From positions 62,001 through 126,000 of the forward strand of contig JAQGDQ010000076.1 of the NCBI GenBank assembly GCA_030141605.1: a DNA stretch of 64,000 bases, written 5' to 3'. The first letter of the stretch is position 1, and each line of letters opens with the position of its first letter. The notes under the pieces were generated by a model. It was not told where the DNA came from, searched no databases, and was given only the letters and a program-made list of their open reading frames with translations. Shown one piece after another: positions 37,301 to 50,683 of the stretch. The position numbers and the translations under genes were made by a program. The DNA is from Tubiluchus corallicola (Eukaryota; Animalia; Priapulida).

Positions 37301-40300
37301 TAGTTATCAACATCAAAGGAAATAAAATAAATTGTCCTCATCTAAAAAGTCGAACGTTTCAGAAAAAAAGAAGACCAAGCAGCACGCTTAACACAAGGCT
37401 TGTTGATAAATTTAACTGCACATTTATCAAGAGATTCGTTAGTCTGCAGAAGAACTTAATAAAATTAATGAATAAATTTCTATTCTTATTTCAACTCATT
37501 TTTCTTTATACTGTTTGGCAGCCCTTTATAAAAGCACTGTAAGTGCTTTTACTGCATTCCTTGTTTGGAAAAAAGTATTTTTTTGAAGGAGAATTAAATT
37601 GAATTGATGTAAACTTTGCTTTTTACTTGGAGTGCAGATTAGCAAAACAGTTTAGAATAGCATGCGAAATTTTGCCACATCTGGTTGAAAATTTCATTAG
37701 TAGTCTAAGCCTTGACTTCTTTTCAACAATATTCAACATAAAAACTGATGTTTATAAAAGCTTGTTTATGTGTTTTTTTCTGAAAAGCCAACAAGACAGT
37801 ATCAGCAGCCATTTTTGTATGTGAATATGTTTTGTAGTACAATTCTGATATTTGTTAGGAGTTTTTCAGTATTTCTTTGTTAATTTTTTGGATAGAGATA
37901 ACAATAAAATCAGTACACTCTGTTGCTTTCAATTTCAAGTGAAATACCTGCATAAATTATTCTTACTTGCTCTTTGAAAGTCGTATCCCCTTTCAGCAAC
38001 GTTGGCAGCTGTGGCTTCAGCGGGCGGCCTATCTAATGTTCCGGCTACTCTGCTTCCTCATCTAATTCCAAGTGCATCCCTCGTCAACATGGTGAGTGGT
38101 TCCTTCGACTCAGAGAACCAGGATTTTGGTGAAAGATATATATATATATAAATTTGACATTTCTATGAGTTTCTAATCAAATTATTTTCAGTCTGATGTA
38201 TCAGGAAATAAAACAAAATCATAATAAAAATCTCTAGTGTTATTCAAATTAAAAAGAAAAACCTCTTCATAATGTTTTTGTAAAATTTATTAGATTTAAC
38301 TAACCAATGTCAGTGCAAACCTTTGTCCTTTGCATTATTACAGTATTAGTATTGCTTTAATAGGTAATATATCACGTGTGATGACATAAATGGTGCTGCC
38401 TAATAGATATCTTCCTTGTCATTTCAGTAGGAGATCATATCCTATTTAAAAATAGATGAATATACAATATAGAAATTTGTCATACAGCTTTTATTTGTAG
38501 ACTAAAACTCTCACTGAATATGAAATGACATCCTTTTAGCACCTCGAGGGCACGCCTGTTTTGTTCATTGATTTTTAATTTATAAGATAAAGAATGATCA
38601 TAAAGATTTTCTAGTGAATGCAGTCTTCTTAATGAATTACAAATTTTTACAGACAGCAGGTGGTGCAGCAACTGCACCAGCACCTACTCCAGCACAGACT
38701 CAAACTCAGTCAGCTACAATGGCAATATCACCACAATACTTGCAACAAGTCGCAGGCGGTGCCCAGGTTGGACAGATAGCCATACAGACTAGTATGTCAC
38801 TTACTAATAATACAATCATTTCCTTTAAAATATATGTGATTTGTGTTCTTTTAGCTTATGATTTTTGCCTTCTGTGTAAAAGAAAGCAATAAGTGTTGCG
38901 AAAGCAAAGTAAAAGAATAATTGATAAAATTGTTTTTTTATTCTTTATAAATACATGAAGCTCTTCACTTATCAAAACAATGAAGCTGTTTTGAATCTGT
39001 TTATGTTCAGTCTTACTGTGGTCAACACAGAAAAGATGACACACAAAGGCTTACGGACTAGGTGGTAAGCATAAACCAAACCAATTTCTTTAAGGCTCCA
39101 TAAATCAACACGAATTACAAAAATTAAGGACAAAATAGCATAATATTATATTCGCATTGAAGAAAAACATGTCATTCTGCCTCTCTTGGATAGCTCTGTA
39201 GTTTATGCTAATGTTAATGCTCTTACATAGCGTGAGCTAACTTATAATTGTCCAAATGTCCAGATTATCTAAAGTTGTGTTTTGAACATTGAAAAGCATT
39301 TAAGTTAGGTGAAATTTATTGGTACAAATGTAAACGTAGTCGTACTTAGCATTAAGTGATACTCACCATTTGAATTAAAGGGGAAATAAAAGGGGGATTG
39401 TAAAGTATGTCTCAATAAACATTCTTCACAAAGTTATATTGGCCAGCATTCGAAAGACTTGTGTAATTGGGAAAAAAGTGTTAATAATTGAAAATGTTTG
39501 CACCACCTGGTAAAACATCACTGAATTGCCATCCCAATATGCACCAAAAAGCACATTATAGATCTTATTAACATTACAAAGTAATTAATACTTCTGCTTA
39601 GTTAGTGAATAGTGTGTAACGAATGCTCTGATTATTTTTTCAAACTTTGCGCAATGTTATCTATACTTTTTTCAAACGACTGACTGTCAAATTCACTGTT
39701 TAAATTCACAAGTTTTATATGCACGAGTTTACTGTTAACGCTAGCCCTATGTGCACTGAGACAGCATGCAAGTTATACAAAATTTCAGAATTTTTTAAAC
39801 TTTATTTACGAAGAGCATTTTCTTGTGCTTTAGGATGGTGCTGATAGTTTCTCATCTAACTGCGTTCTAGAGACAGTCCAAGATGGTTGCTACTAATATT
39901 AATTATTTTTTCATAATTGCCCAGATCAAGGTACAGCCTATCTGCAGATTCCTGTAACCATAGCACAGCAATTAGCAGCACAACAGGCACAAGCTGCACA
40001 GTCCGGTCAGCAAGCACAGGTTCACATACAGGTATTTCTAACTATTTAATTTTCTACTTGCATCTTACAAACTGTTAAAATGTTTGGATATTTTTTTAAT
40101 TCTGACTACTCACTACTAGTGCTCAGCGTGGTACTTTTGTATTCGTTCATCTTTCTTGCAAGTAATTTTGAACAAAATTTTGTCGTTACGAAACTGTATA
40201 CACAGCACAAAACAAAGTAGCAAGCAGTTTTAAGCATTGTGCAGAGTCTTGTGACAAAACTTTTATTGGTAAAAGCATGATAAAATTTTGTTGACAATAC

Positions 40301-43300
40301 TGCGTTGTTTTGCAATTTTAAATGTTTGTGATTAAATGATTAAACGTTTGTAATTAAATGTTTTGCAGTCTACATTTCTCGGTTTTTCTGTACAATGGTT
40401 TGGCACTTTTATTCTGTTCTTTAACATCCATCGTCCATTTTTAATCCATTCACTGGCTCCTTACGGAGTGCAGTAATCATAGTATACTTAAAAATATAAA
40501 CAATTACAATGTTATACACTTGTACATTTGTAAGTAAACCCGTCTTGATGATAGTTGTTCCATCTATAATAAGCTCGAATCCAAACATCTGCATTCATTG
40601 GGGTATGCAGAGTTGGGTACAAGTTCATCATGTGTCCACCATATGATACTGTATGATGGTGAAAAAATTCTGTACTACATTGAATTGTGATAGACAAATT
40701 TTACTGCCACTTACACGTAGGTTGGTTATTTTTTATTTTTGACATATTTAAACGTTTATATACTGTTTTTCAATTATATCTTATTTTCTAGCTACAGCAA
40801 CAGGGTCAATCAGGTGTAGCTACTCTGCAATTGCAGCAGACAGCTCCCATTCCTAATCCAAATATAGTAAGTACTATTCTGTTGTTATAGCCTTTATGTG
40901 TCCGGGTTTGGCTTAGTCAAAATCTGGTCCATGCAAAATGAAATAATCAATGTTTCAATTTTTCAGAAAGCAAATTCGGCGTTACCACAGCTAGATGGCA
41001 GCAGAGATAATAGCGCAACAGTTGTGATGAATCGTTTGGTTTCCTCTTTGCGATCGTTTCCGAGTACAGGTGCAATACCTAAACAAGTTAGTGAGCCAAT
41101 TTGCAACAGTCAAATTACCAGTAATACAGATGTGATGCAAAATGACCTAATCTGTGTTAACCAAAATGAAGATTCTTCTGTAGCTGCGGCAGGTGGAATG
41201 AATACGTCAGTGTCGTTATGCTCAGGGTCTCATAAATCTGAGGTATTTCCTTTATGATCTTTTTGTTATCAATAGCACAATTTTAAAAAAACAGTCATAT
41301 GGTGCCTCAAAAGACTGTAACTCACTGTAAAGTTCTCACCTGCGTTAGTTTGCTTTAAAATTACATAGATAAAGAACCGGCTTTAAAATTACATAGATTA
41401 AAGAAACGTTTATTTAACATTGACATCTCTGACTTAACAGACAACTTTTGCGTGCTTGACTGCTTAGCTATTTACGTTTACAATAAGTGATGACATAATA
41501 CTCAAACAATGAATAGTTGTAGGATTCTTGCCCTGATGTTGGTCGCTCAGGATTTTAACCCGAGGCTCCAACCACTAGCTGACTGAAGTTTGAACCTTAT
41601 CAGGGCATCTGGTCTGCTGGTGTTTACCTCGCTGAATTAGGAGAATTCACGTCAAACTGTGGCTGAGATAAATCTGTCATTCCAATATCTCATCTTAGAA
41701 GATTTTTTTTTGTAGTTCCACTGCCAACCTTCCATTGGACAGGCCCTGCGATTGAGTACTGACCAGTTTGAGCTGTCCTGACTCCTGAACGATATTAAAG
41801 TTTATTGCCTATAGTTTAGTTGTAGCCAGATAGAAAGGTTTATCTAGCTACAAAAATTGTCCATTCATGTGTAAGTTATTTCTGTTTCTTTCACCACAGA
41901 CATTAATTATGTTTTTGAAAGATTGATGCATCTTTAATTAACATGCAAACCCCCCAAAAAAGAAATTTACTTTGTACATGGGAGGCAGATGACTATCTTT
42001 ATCTTAACTGACAGTTAGCCAAATCCAGTGCAAACCTATTGGATGTGATCAAAAAACTTCAGCAGTTAGACGGCACCGCTGACTCGAGTGACGAAGAGGA
42101 AGAAGAAGACGAGGAAGAAGCTGAGGTGGAGGAAGAGGAAGAGAATAATGAAAATGATGTTGGTGAGGATGAGGTGAGTGATAGAGGGCGCTAAAGTGCT
42201 GTGAACACAATTGATTAATGAGCAAACACAAGTGAACACTATGCTAATTAATTTCAGAAGACACAGGAGGTTATAATACGGTTTTTGTTTCATTTAACCT
42301 GTTTCACTTGAAAATATATTTACTCTTGTTTTTGTTTTCTTGAAAATATTTTTAACAAAGTATTAGTTATATTTTCTATTGCATGATTTAATTTGTAAGT
42401 TCTAAACCTATAAAAGTAATGAATTTTTTTAACAGTATTACATTCTAAAAATTTGTTCGGTAATTTTTGTATGTCATAAGTGGCTGTCCGAAAGGCTGAG
42501 CATGTATGAGCACACAGTTCAATGATGGGACACATAAGCAATGGAGAGGATATAAGATCTGTACCTGTACTGTGTACTGTAACAGGAACCTTCCAGTATT
42601 ATTTTCTACATTTAACTTTACCATTGGTCGAATTTAGTTTGTGACTTTATGCTGTTGCTTGTAAGCAAATTCATAAAATCAACACTTCGTGGGAGTTTTC
42701 TTGGTTTTTTTTTGTAATCATGGCAAAACATTTGATTTGTTTGTTTTTTTGCTAGAACTTATTTCACATGTAAGACATCACATTTCTTGAGTACCGGCAA
42801 TGTCATTAGTGTAACTGGATTAAACATATTTCAGGAGCCATTGAATTCAGAAGACGATGTTAGTGATGAAGAACCATCTGAACTATTCGAAACTGATAAT
42901 GTGGTTGTTTGTCAGTATGATAAGGTATTTGTTACAGTTTATCACAGTTTTGTACAGTGTAGTTAAGACGGCATCAGCATTTATACGCCTCTACATTACA
43001 AGCCATGTTGTTACATTTTTCTGAATTCATTCAAACAGGTAATGTTTTCAGTTCTAAGTACATTTGTGAATTGCTAAAATCTAAACATGTAATAAGATAT
43101 GTCACTTGTCTAATATAGAAATGCTACGTGTCAGTCATCTAACAAATGTACGTGCAAAGGAATGTGGTTTAGGTGTTTCCTTAGGTGTGATATAGCTTGT
43201 ATAGCTAATGTGATGCAAATTTGATGTCTCACATTTACCAGCACTTGAGTAAATTTCACATGAAGCATAGTCACAAGACAAGACTTTCCATACAGTCTGT

Positions 43301-44242
43301 GTCACAGGGGCGTAATCTTTTGTAACCTAGTGATTTTTTTACTCTAACTTTAGAGGCTATAAAGAATCCTATCCAGTTGAAATAAAATGTAGAAGTTCTT
43401 TTTCTATATCTTTAGTTGGTCATTTATCCTAGATTGATAGAATCAGAAGTGTAGATTAACAGCAAACTAAAAATATACACTATTATCATTGTCTGAAAAT
43501 TTAGCGGGTGCCACACAGAGAAGGGCGTAAAGAGCAAGCCATAATCCATAAGCTATAAAGTGTCTTCTATCTTCCATAAGGTGTATATCACAATCCGCGG
43601 TATGCTCCTTGCTCTGTGTAAATGTGATTTTTGCCATAATCTGTTTCGATAGCATACGTATCTAATTACAGTAGTAGTGAAATGTAGTGCTTAAAAATTG
43701 CTTTTTAATGTTTATGAGACCATACTGTTATGAATTCTTGTGATATAAATGAACTGCGCACAGAAAATATCACAGACATGCTAATTACTGTGTTAGCAAT
43801 GACCCAAAATGCCATATTGCAAATAAAATTAATGGCCATATTCATTCAGAATAAGGTGCTCTATGAACTACTCAAAACACTTATAAGGAGCCTACCGTGG
43901 ATTATGGTAAGCAAACTGCAGTTCCTGATTTGGCTTTTCTTCTTCATGGTTTACACGATACGCATTATGTTCAGCTCTGTGTGACATCGGTTTCGTTTTT
44001 GAAATTTTCGAATAGTTTCTTCTGTTTCTGTGTTTTTCATACGAGCTCACATGTTTAGACAAGAAATAATTTATAATGAGTTGCTAGTCTTGTTAGATTA
44101 TTAGATAATGCATTCAACATATCATGTATTTCAGATTACCAGGAGTAGAAATAAATGGAAGTTTTATCTAAAAGATGGAATTATGAATCTTCGGGGAAGA
44201 GATTTTGTTTTTCAAAAAGCCATTGGTGAGGGGGAATGGTGA
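34334..44242 (+). CDS. GTF2A1: Transcription initiation factor IIA alpha/beta (large subunit), 11 coding exons
   Basis: Exons 34334-34354, 36291-36392, 37083-37248, 37997-38091, 38653-38791, 39925-40031, 40792-40866, 40967-41242, 42015-42173, 42835-42924, 44135-44242. N-terminal VPKLYRSVIEDVINNVRELF...LQELKQIWESKL, a Q/A-rich middle, QLDG plus an acidic tract, EPLNSEDDVSD...NVVVCQYDKITRSRNKWKFYLKDGIMN...GEGEW*. The middle exons are less certain. Confidence 0.93.
35240..35850 (-). mobile_element. Decayed CR1-type LINE RT fragment in TFIIA intron 1
   Basis: SGVIQGSVIGPVLF...INDL, MFADD, WQLNVSFSKCNIFHIG and YRVYVRPSLGYC on the - strand, with frameshifts. Confidence 0.8.
36508..36753. mobile_element. 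hAT-type MITE with 8-bp target duplication
   Basis: TIRs TAGGAGTGAACA / TGCTCACCCCTA, flanks ctaggtag / ctaggtgg, and internal ttcgaa/gaattc repeats. Confidence 0.75.
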
Positions 44243-47200
44243 TTATATCAGGTATACCGTTAAGCAGTTAGCCTTTATATTACCTTTTACTGTTATTCAA
44301 AAAATTAAATACATCTGAGAACTGCAGAGGTTATCGACAAATAATAATTGTTATCTTAATTTTTAGGATTATCGATGATTAATGATGAAATTAACCGATA
44401 ATTATATTAAGTTTTTAGAACCTACTTGACCAAAAGAAGGGAAATATGAAACAGTTAAGACCTGAGCATAGATCCAAAGGTCCCTAGTTCAAAACCAAAC
44501 TTGGTTCCCTTTTTCGTACTTCTTTTTTTCGATCAAGTTTAATTTTAAAAAGCAATAAAATATGCACAGTTTTTGTGGACTTAAAATATATGTCTAATTT
44601 TGTCTACTGGAACATTCTTTTGTAGTAAATGTCACTTATCAGATGTCATTTGGTTAAACAGTTAAAAACTTGTTTGCAATGCATGATGGAGTTTAAGAGT
44701 GACAACAATGACTTCATCTTCTGTACAACTATTAGCCGATCCAAATGAGCTGACATAATATATTTAAAATGAACTGCTACCCAGAAGAAAATGTACATTA
44801 GTACTTTTATCAATTGTCTATTACTGTTTTAGATTATGTAAGATTTGGCTATGCTGGGAAATTCAAATCACACTTCCTCTAATCATATGCCAGTAATGAT
44901 GATAGAGACGATAGTCTCTCAGACAGAAATCAACCGCTTTGACTATATAAGGAGCCTTTGTTCGGGGTCAATTATTCACTTATCCTTGCGATAAAGCTAC
45001 AGTTACTCATTTGTAACACACTGGCTCTGTTATTTTAGAAATTTCTTTAACTGCCACGCATAAATGTAAGTGTTAGTTAGTATGTCACTTAGTTCTTGCT
45101 GTCTTTGCAGCCTTGTTCAGACAGATGAATTTGCTTAAGGCACAGATGCATAATTTCGCAGTTTGCAAAACTTGAATAATCGTAAGTTGATTGTTTGCAC
45201 TGTACAATGGATATTATGCAAGTGTGAGACGAGGAATTCTTAAAGTGACCCTGTTACTGCTAGATGCAAATAATGAGCAAGATGAAACTGTAAAACAATT
45301 TGCAAGTAATCTAGCCAATTTCCTTATAATGTTATAAGTCGGATTAGAATGATCTCAGAAACCAAATCGTAAACTCTCAAATATTTTTCAAAATTACGTC
45401 TTGCCAATTGAGAAATGCAGTAATTAATATCTTGTGCATTTTGGTAAATATTGTAAACGTTGATAGTAGTAGGTTAGTATGCAAAGTGTGGCAACATCTG
45501 TTAGCAAACACAGGAACCACTATAAGATTGTGCTGTTTTAAGCCAATTGAGTTTGCATCTGCAGCAATAGTCACCTGTAATAAAAATGTAAAACATGAAG
45601 ACCTGAATTTCTATGTTCCACTTACATGCAAAAATCCATTGATAAATGGGTATGAACTATTATGGGCTGGGTAAGAAAAAAGTTTTCTTCAATCGCTAAA
45701 AGATGGAGCGACATTAAACTCATTTGTCACTTTCATTTTAAAAAAGTTTATCTATTTTTATAGTATCTTCTAGTTTATTGTTCATGTTCGAAGATATTTT
45801 CTGCATTTACTATGCTACATAATTACGAATTAAATTACGGTTTTGTTATTAATTAATTAATTGTAAAATGTTAATATTATGGCAAAAATTAACAGGTTAG
45901 CCAGACGGCTGTACTTTGTGTTTAGTTTATTTTGTTGTCACTTACTGATGTCAGTGTGGATGGCTGTTGTGCAACAATTCCCATTTTGTTACAACCAGAA
46001 GTGTAGCTTCATTTTTTCTCATCTACTGCTATGCTAAGTTCCACTAAGTTTCCTTCTGTAAAAATATTTTTCTCCCAATACATCAGTATATCAGAAAAAT
46101 CTACAGTATTCATTCACTAACTAACAATATCGTATATTTATTTTCTATTCTTTCTAACATGGCTTTCTTAGTACATACTCTTTGTCACTTGTAGTGAGTT
46201 TAAATGTTATGTGCATCCTAACCCAATGCATTTGCTCAGTTTTAAAAAAGTTCTTTGTTCATGTACCGGTGAAGGGTAAAGTTTTCAAAAATTTTTTCAG
46301 AATTACTCTGCATAACTTGTGAGCATTCTGACAGTGCTTAGATCTTGTGTATCTTGTGTATCATTTTTTGTATTATTTGCTATATTTCAACGTTGAAGGC
46401 TTTATCTTTCTTGCAGTATAGTGATGGCATAAATCTCTGTTTTTACAGTTTTGTTTTTAAAAACAACTTCCGTTATGGTCAAATATCATATTTTACTGAA
46501 AAACAATGTAGTTAAATTAATACTGTTTAGCTAAGATAGGGCTGAAACAGGTAGTGGCTTGGACAATATATTTTTTCATAAAGGCTGATCAGCTTGTTAT
46601 TTAAATCATTGCAAACCATGTACAGTTTTACTCACTGATCGAAGTTAGGTTCTATCACGTAATTAAACACGTAAAAATCTTTTTAGTAGAAAAATTCGGC
46701 ATTGAAAAAATAAACTGGCATATATGTCTTTTTATTTCTTCGTTGTGAAATTTGTTATTAAGTAGTCCATCTGTTATCATAAAGAGTTCCATACTATACG
46801 TGCTCTGCTAATTACTGCATAGATTAATTTGTTGTCATTTTTTTATTTTTTGCCGACTTGGGAGAGTTTAATGTAGTTTAAAATGCCAAAGAAAATATGT
46901 AAACACTTGTAAATAAATGCATAAAAAAATTGTAAACAAATTTGTGTTTAAATTTTATTGTTTGTTATTATGGTGATGATAGTTACACAACAAACAGTTA
47001 AAATAGGAACTACTTAAAGCCTAGTGCATACAGAAAGTAGAAAACAAAACTGTTTTGCAGTCGTTTTGTGTTTTTCTCTGCTGAATGTGTGCACATGCGG
47101 TATATCCCCATGAAAGAAAAACAAAAGCATAATTCTAACTGTATCATGTGAATTCATTTTCAATCGCTCCCTGGCTGTTTCGCAAAGCAGCTAATGCGTA

Positions 47201-47289
47201 CTGTAGCAAAAAATGCTTTGTCCTAAAAGTTTTTGTTTTGCAAAATAAAGTTTATGTTTTATTTTTCTCTAGCATCAGATTAGCTGTTT

Positions 47290-47510
47290 TTGCTTCTTGT
47301 TTCATTTTTTTCCTGTCTGTGTGCGACTCCGTGATCTTCAGTCCCTCGTCCAACATTTTTTTGCTTCTTGTTTCGTGTTTTTCCTGTGTGTGCGAGTCCA
47401 ACATTTTTTTTCTTCTTGTTTCGTGTCTGTGTGCGACTCCGTGATCTTCAGTCCCTCGTCCAAAACTTTTTGCGTCTTGTTTCATGTTTTCCGTTTGTGT
47501 GCAACTCCGT
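47290..47510. repeat. Complex tandem repeat (~40-70-bp subunits), probably inside a PIF/Harbinger-like MITE spanning ~47019-48478
   Basis: cttcttgtttc...tgtgtgcgactccgtgatcttcagtccctcgtccaa is repeated. Candidate termini are tagtgcatac (47022) and gtgcacacta (48467). Confidence 0.6.
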
Positions 47511-49835
47511 TACCTTCAATTCTCGTGCAGCATATTTTTAAGATACTCTTATATGTCTTACCGCCTAATTTTTTATACTTAGGCATAGGCATGTTGGGAT
47601 GTGAATACATGATTAAAGTACCTCCTCCACTTACAGCTAGACAGCCACAGTCAGTAGGGCAAATGAACATAGTGTATTATACTCTATAGCAAACATTCAT
47701 AGCAAAGATTTATGTGTAGCTGTAGTCTTCAATTCACTTGCACGCCATCAAACATTAATTGGACATTTATTAAAACAGACGCACCGGCGGCAAGCAAACA
47801 CGGCCAATTACCTCCAGAGTTTGGTGCACGCGAATCACCTAGCAACCACTCAGCAGCATCCGAGCTTGCAGAGAAGCCCAGTAAGGGCAATAACAGCTCG
47901 GCAAACCAATCTGCGAGTATTCGTTAGACAATTTTCCCGTGAAAGTTAAAGCCATGTGGTAAAGTTGTAATGTTGGGATCAAGGAACAACGCGCTTTTTA
48001 CTGTTTCTATTGCGGTGCTGTCGCTGTGATATGTACGACACCACAGTAGTGGTTCCGCCATCATGTGACATCAATAATATCGCTGCAGTACTGCAAGCAG
48101 TCAAGCAGGTATAATAATAATAATAAAAGCTCACGGCTTCTAGTCGTAATGTGTTGCGTTTCCACGTGCTTATTGGCAACTTGGCAGAAATAATTACGGG
48201 AGACAATTAGCAAGGAAAACTATACCAAAATCTCGTTCTTCAATGAGCAATAGTCTTGCGCGTGTAACTATTACTGTGCAGGGAGAGTAACATTTAACTA
48301 GTCACTGTAGAAGTTTTAAAACATTTTTGTGTTCGCATGTTTTGCAGAACGGCGCTCTCGAATCATACTAATTGTTATTGCATTTATTACTGTGCTGGTG
48401 ACAAGCTTGTAATGCTTAAATTAAAACGTGAAATTGCGGCAAAAGCACAAGAAGAATTCTTGTAATGTGCACACTAAATACTTTTGTTAAATGCAAACTT
48501 CTTTGATCGATTCTAGTAGTGATCCGGCCTGCAAGCAGTTTCCTGGACATATTTCAACTCCAGGGCAAATTTCTGCAAAGTCGTCTAAACAATTCGGGAA
48601 CTAGCAAGATTGGGTATCATATTTTGATATTTATCGTGTCTATATACATGTAACTGTTTATTAATAATTTATTATCGCCTTCTGAAGGTTTCACTATTAT
48701 TTGTGCAACAAATGCACAAACGCTCGACGAACTGCTTTCTGTTTTATCATAAGAAGATAAAAAAGTAAACGTGTGAAATTATTTATGTAATATTATACTA
48801 ACGTTGTTTTGAGAATGGCATCCACATGCATTGCAGGTAAAAATGCCATAAAAGGGATACGAGCTTGAAAACCAACTGTCAGATGAAGACCAAGGAATTA
48901 TTAACGAAGATTTTTAAGCGACTTAAACGATTTTAAACTGTTTTATTTCACACACACGGATAAAACTGATTACAACAAATCAGAAATCTGAAATTATACC
49001 TGGGCAGACTAGGAGTAGTAAGTTTACTCCTCGTACATAATTGACAGTCAAAGACTGACAGTGTGGACAGCGAGGAATGACTGTATTTAGTGTGACTACG
49101 TCGCCTTTACCGACATTCATTGGTGGTTTTGCCACGTTTATATTCCTTGTTGAAAAATCAGACAGCCAGTTAGTGGACTTTCAAAATAAAAAGAAAGTTG
49201 TTTACTAACCCTTACCGGAGGCGGCGGTGGCATAATTAGTTGTCCTAAATTACATCTTGCAGTTTTATTTGTAATTCGGCTCACTGCAAGCTGAATTCCT
49301 AAATATTGATGATTGTGGTGAAACCGGAACTTCACTCATTATCAACTTAACACATTACCAAATCGTACAAAAGGCGTTTCAGTCACGATCTGATACAACT
49401 GCAAGCGAGGTAAACAGCCAGAATCAGCATGACTAATAAAACTTTCCAGAGAATCAAACCTGTTGATCACCCATCCATCAACTAACTAGCCTACGTACCA
49501 TTCTTGCCTTTTGTTGTGAAACTTGTAGTGACCACTCTGTCATTTTTTACTCCTTAAAGCTTTTCCGTATTACATCATGAAGAGCATTATACAGTAGAGT
49601 ACAATCGCTGATGGCAACATTAAATTTAGGCTGCTAACGTGGTTGTGCACGTGCAATGTAATACTTCACATATCGGTCACCAGACGGTAACAAAGTCAAT
49701 AAAATACCATTAAATCGACGGTTACTGAGCGGCTTTATTAAAATCGGTACAATTAAGCTATGCGGTAGCAACATGGCCATTAACTGGCATAATTAAAAGA
49801 CGAATGCAGAAAATTTAGGAAATACTGCTTTATCA

Positions 49836-50683
49836 GCGTCTTACTTATTGTATCTCTAACTTGAACGCACTCAGCAGTGAACTGTCACATTTTTTTTTTA
49901 CTTTTCACAAGCGGTTATACTGCATCTGATTGCTAAAAAGAAATTATTACAGTGCCCGCCTATATAGGCTTGATAATTTTCAAGCAAGTGTGCACTGAAC
50001 CTCGTGGAAAGAAACTATAATTTTTTTCAGATAGCGTTTTCAAAACATAGCTTGTCAGTGCAGGGCTGCATTACCTTCTAGGCTAATATAGGCTGCAGCC
50101 TAGAGCCCTCAAGCTTTGGAGGCTTGGAGGGCATACTTAGTGTTGCTGAATAATTCATATACATGTAACTTAAAATAAAATAGTTACACATGCACGCATA
50201 CACGCACGCACACACACACACACGCGCGCGCGCATGCACATATATAAAATACATGCGTCTTACTTATTGCATCTCTAACTTGAACGCACTCCGCAGTGAA
50301 CTGTCACATTTTTATTTTACTCTTCACAAGCGGTTATACTGCATCTGATTGCTAAAAAGAAATTATTACAGTGCCCGCCTATATAGGCTTGATAATTTTC
50401 AAGCAAGTGTACACTGAACCTCGTGGAAAGAAGCTATACTTTTTTTCAGATAGCGTTTTCAAAACATAGCTCGTCAGTGCAGGGCTGGATTACCTTCTAG
50501 GCTAATATAGGCTGCAGCCTAGAGCCCTCAAGCTTTAGAGGCTTGGAGGGCATACTTAGTATTGCTGAATAATTCATATACATAACTTAAAATACGTAAC
50601 TTAAAATAAAATAGTTACACATACACATGCACGCATACACGCACACACACACACACACACGCATGCACATATGTAAAATACAT
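49836..50683. repeat. Recent tandem duplication of a 419-bp unit with (CA)n microsatellite
   Basis: gcgtcttacttattg... starts at 49836 and 50255. The units are nearly identical; each contains cagggctg...aggctaatataggctgcagcctagagccc (MITE-like end) and a CA/CG tract. Confidence 0.9.

Noticed and set aside
44450-44510. tRNA-like B-box (ggtccctagttcaaaacc)
   Set aside because: No cloverleaf can be formed; at most a decayed SINE head.
47148-47689. Overlapping ORFs with repeated peptides, or a CRISPR-like array
   Set aside because: These are translations of an irregular tandem repeat. There are no constant repeats with unique spacers, and the context is eukaryotic.
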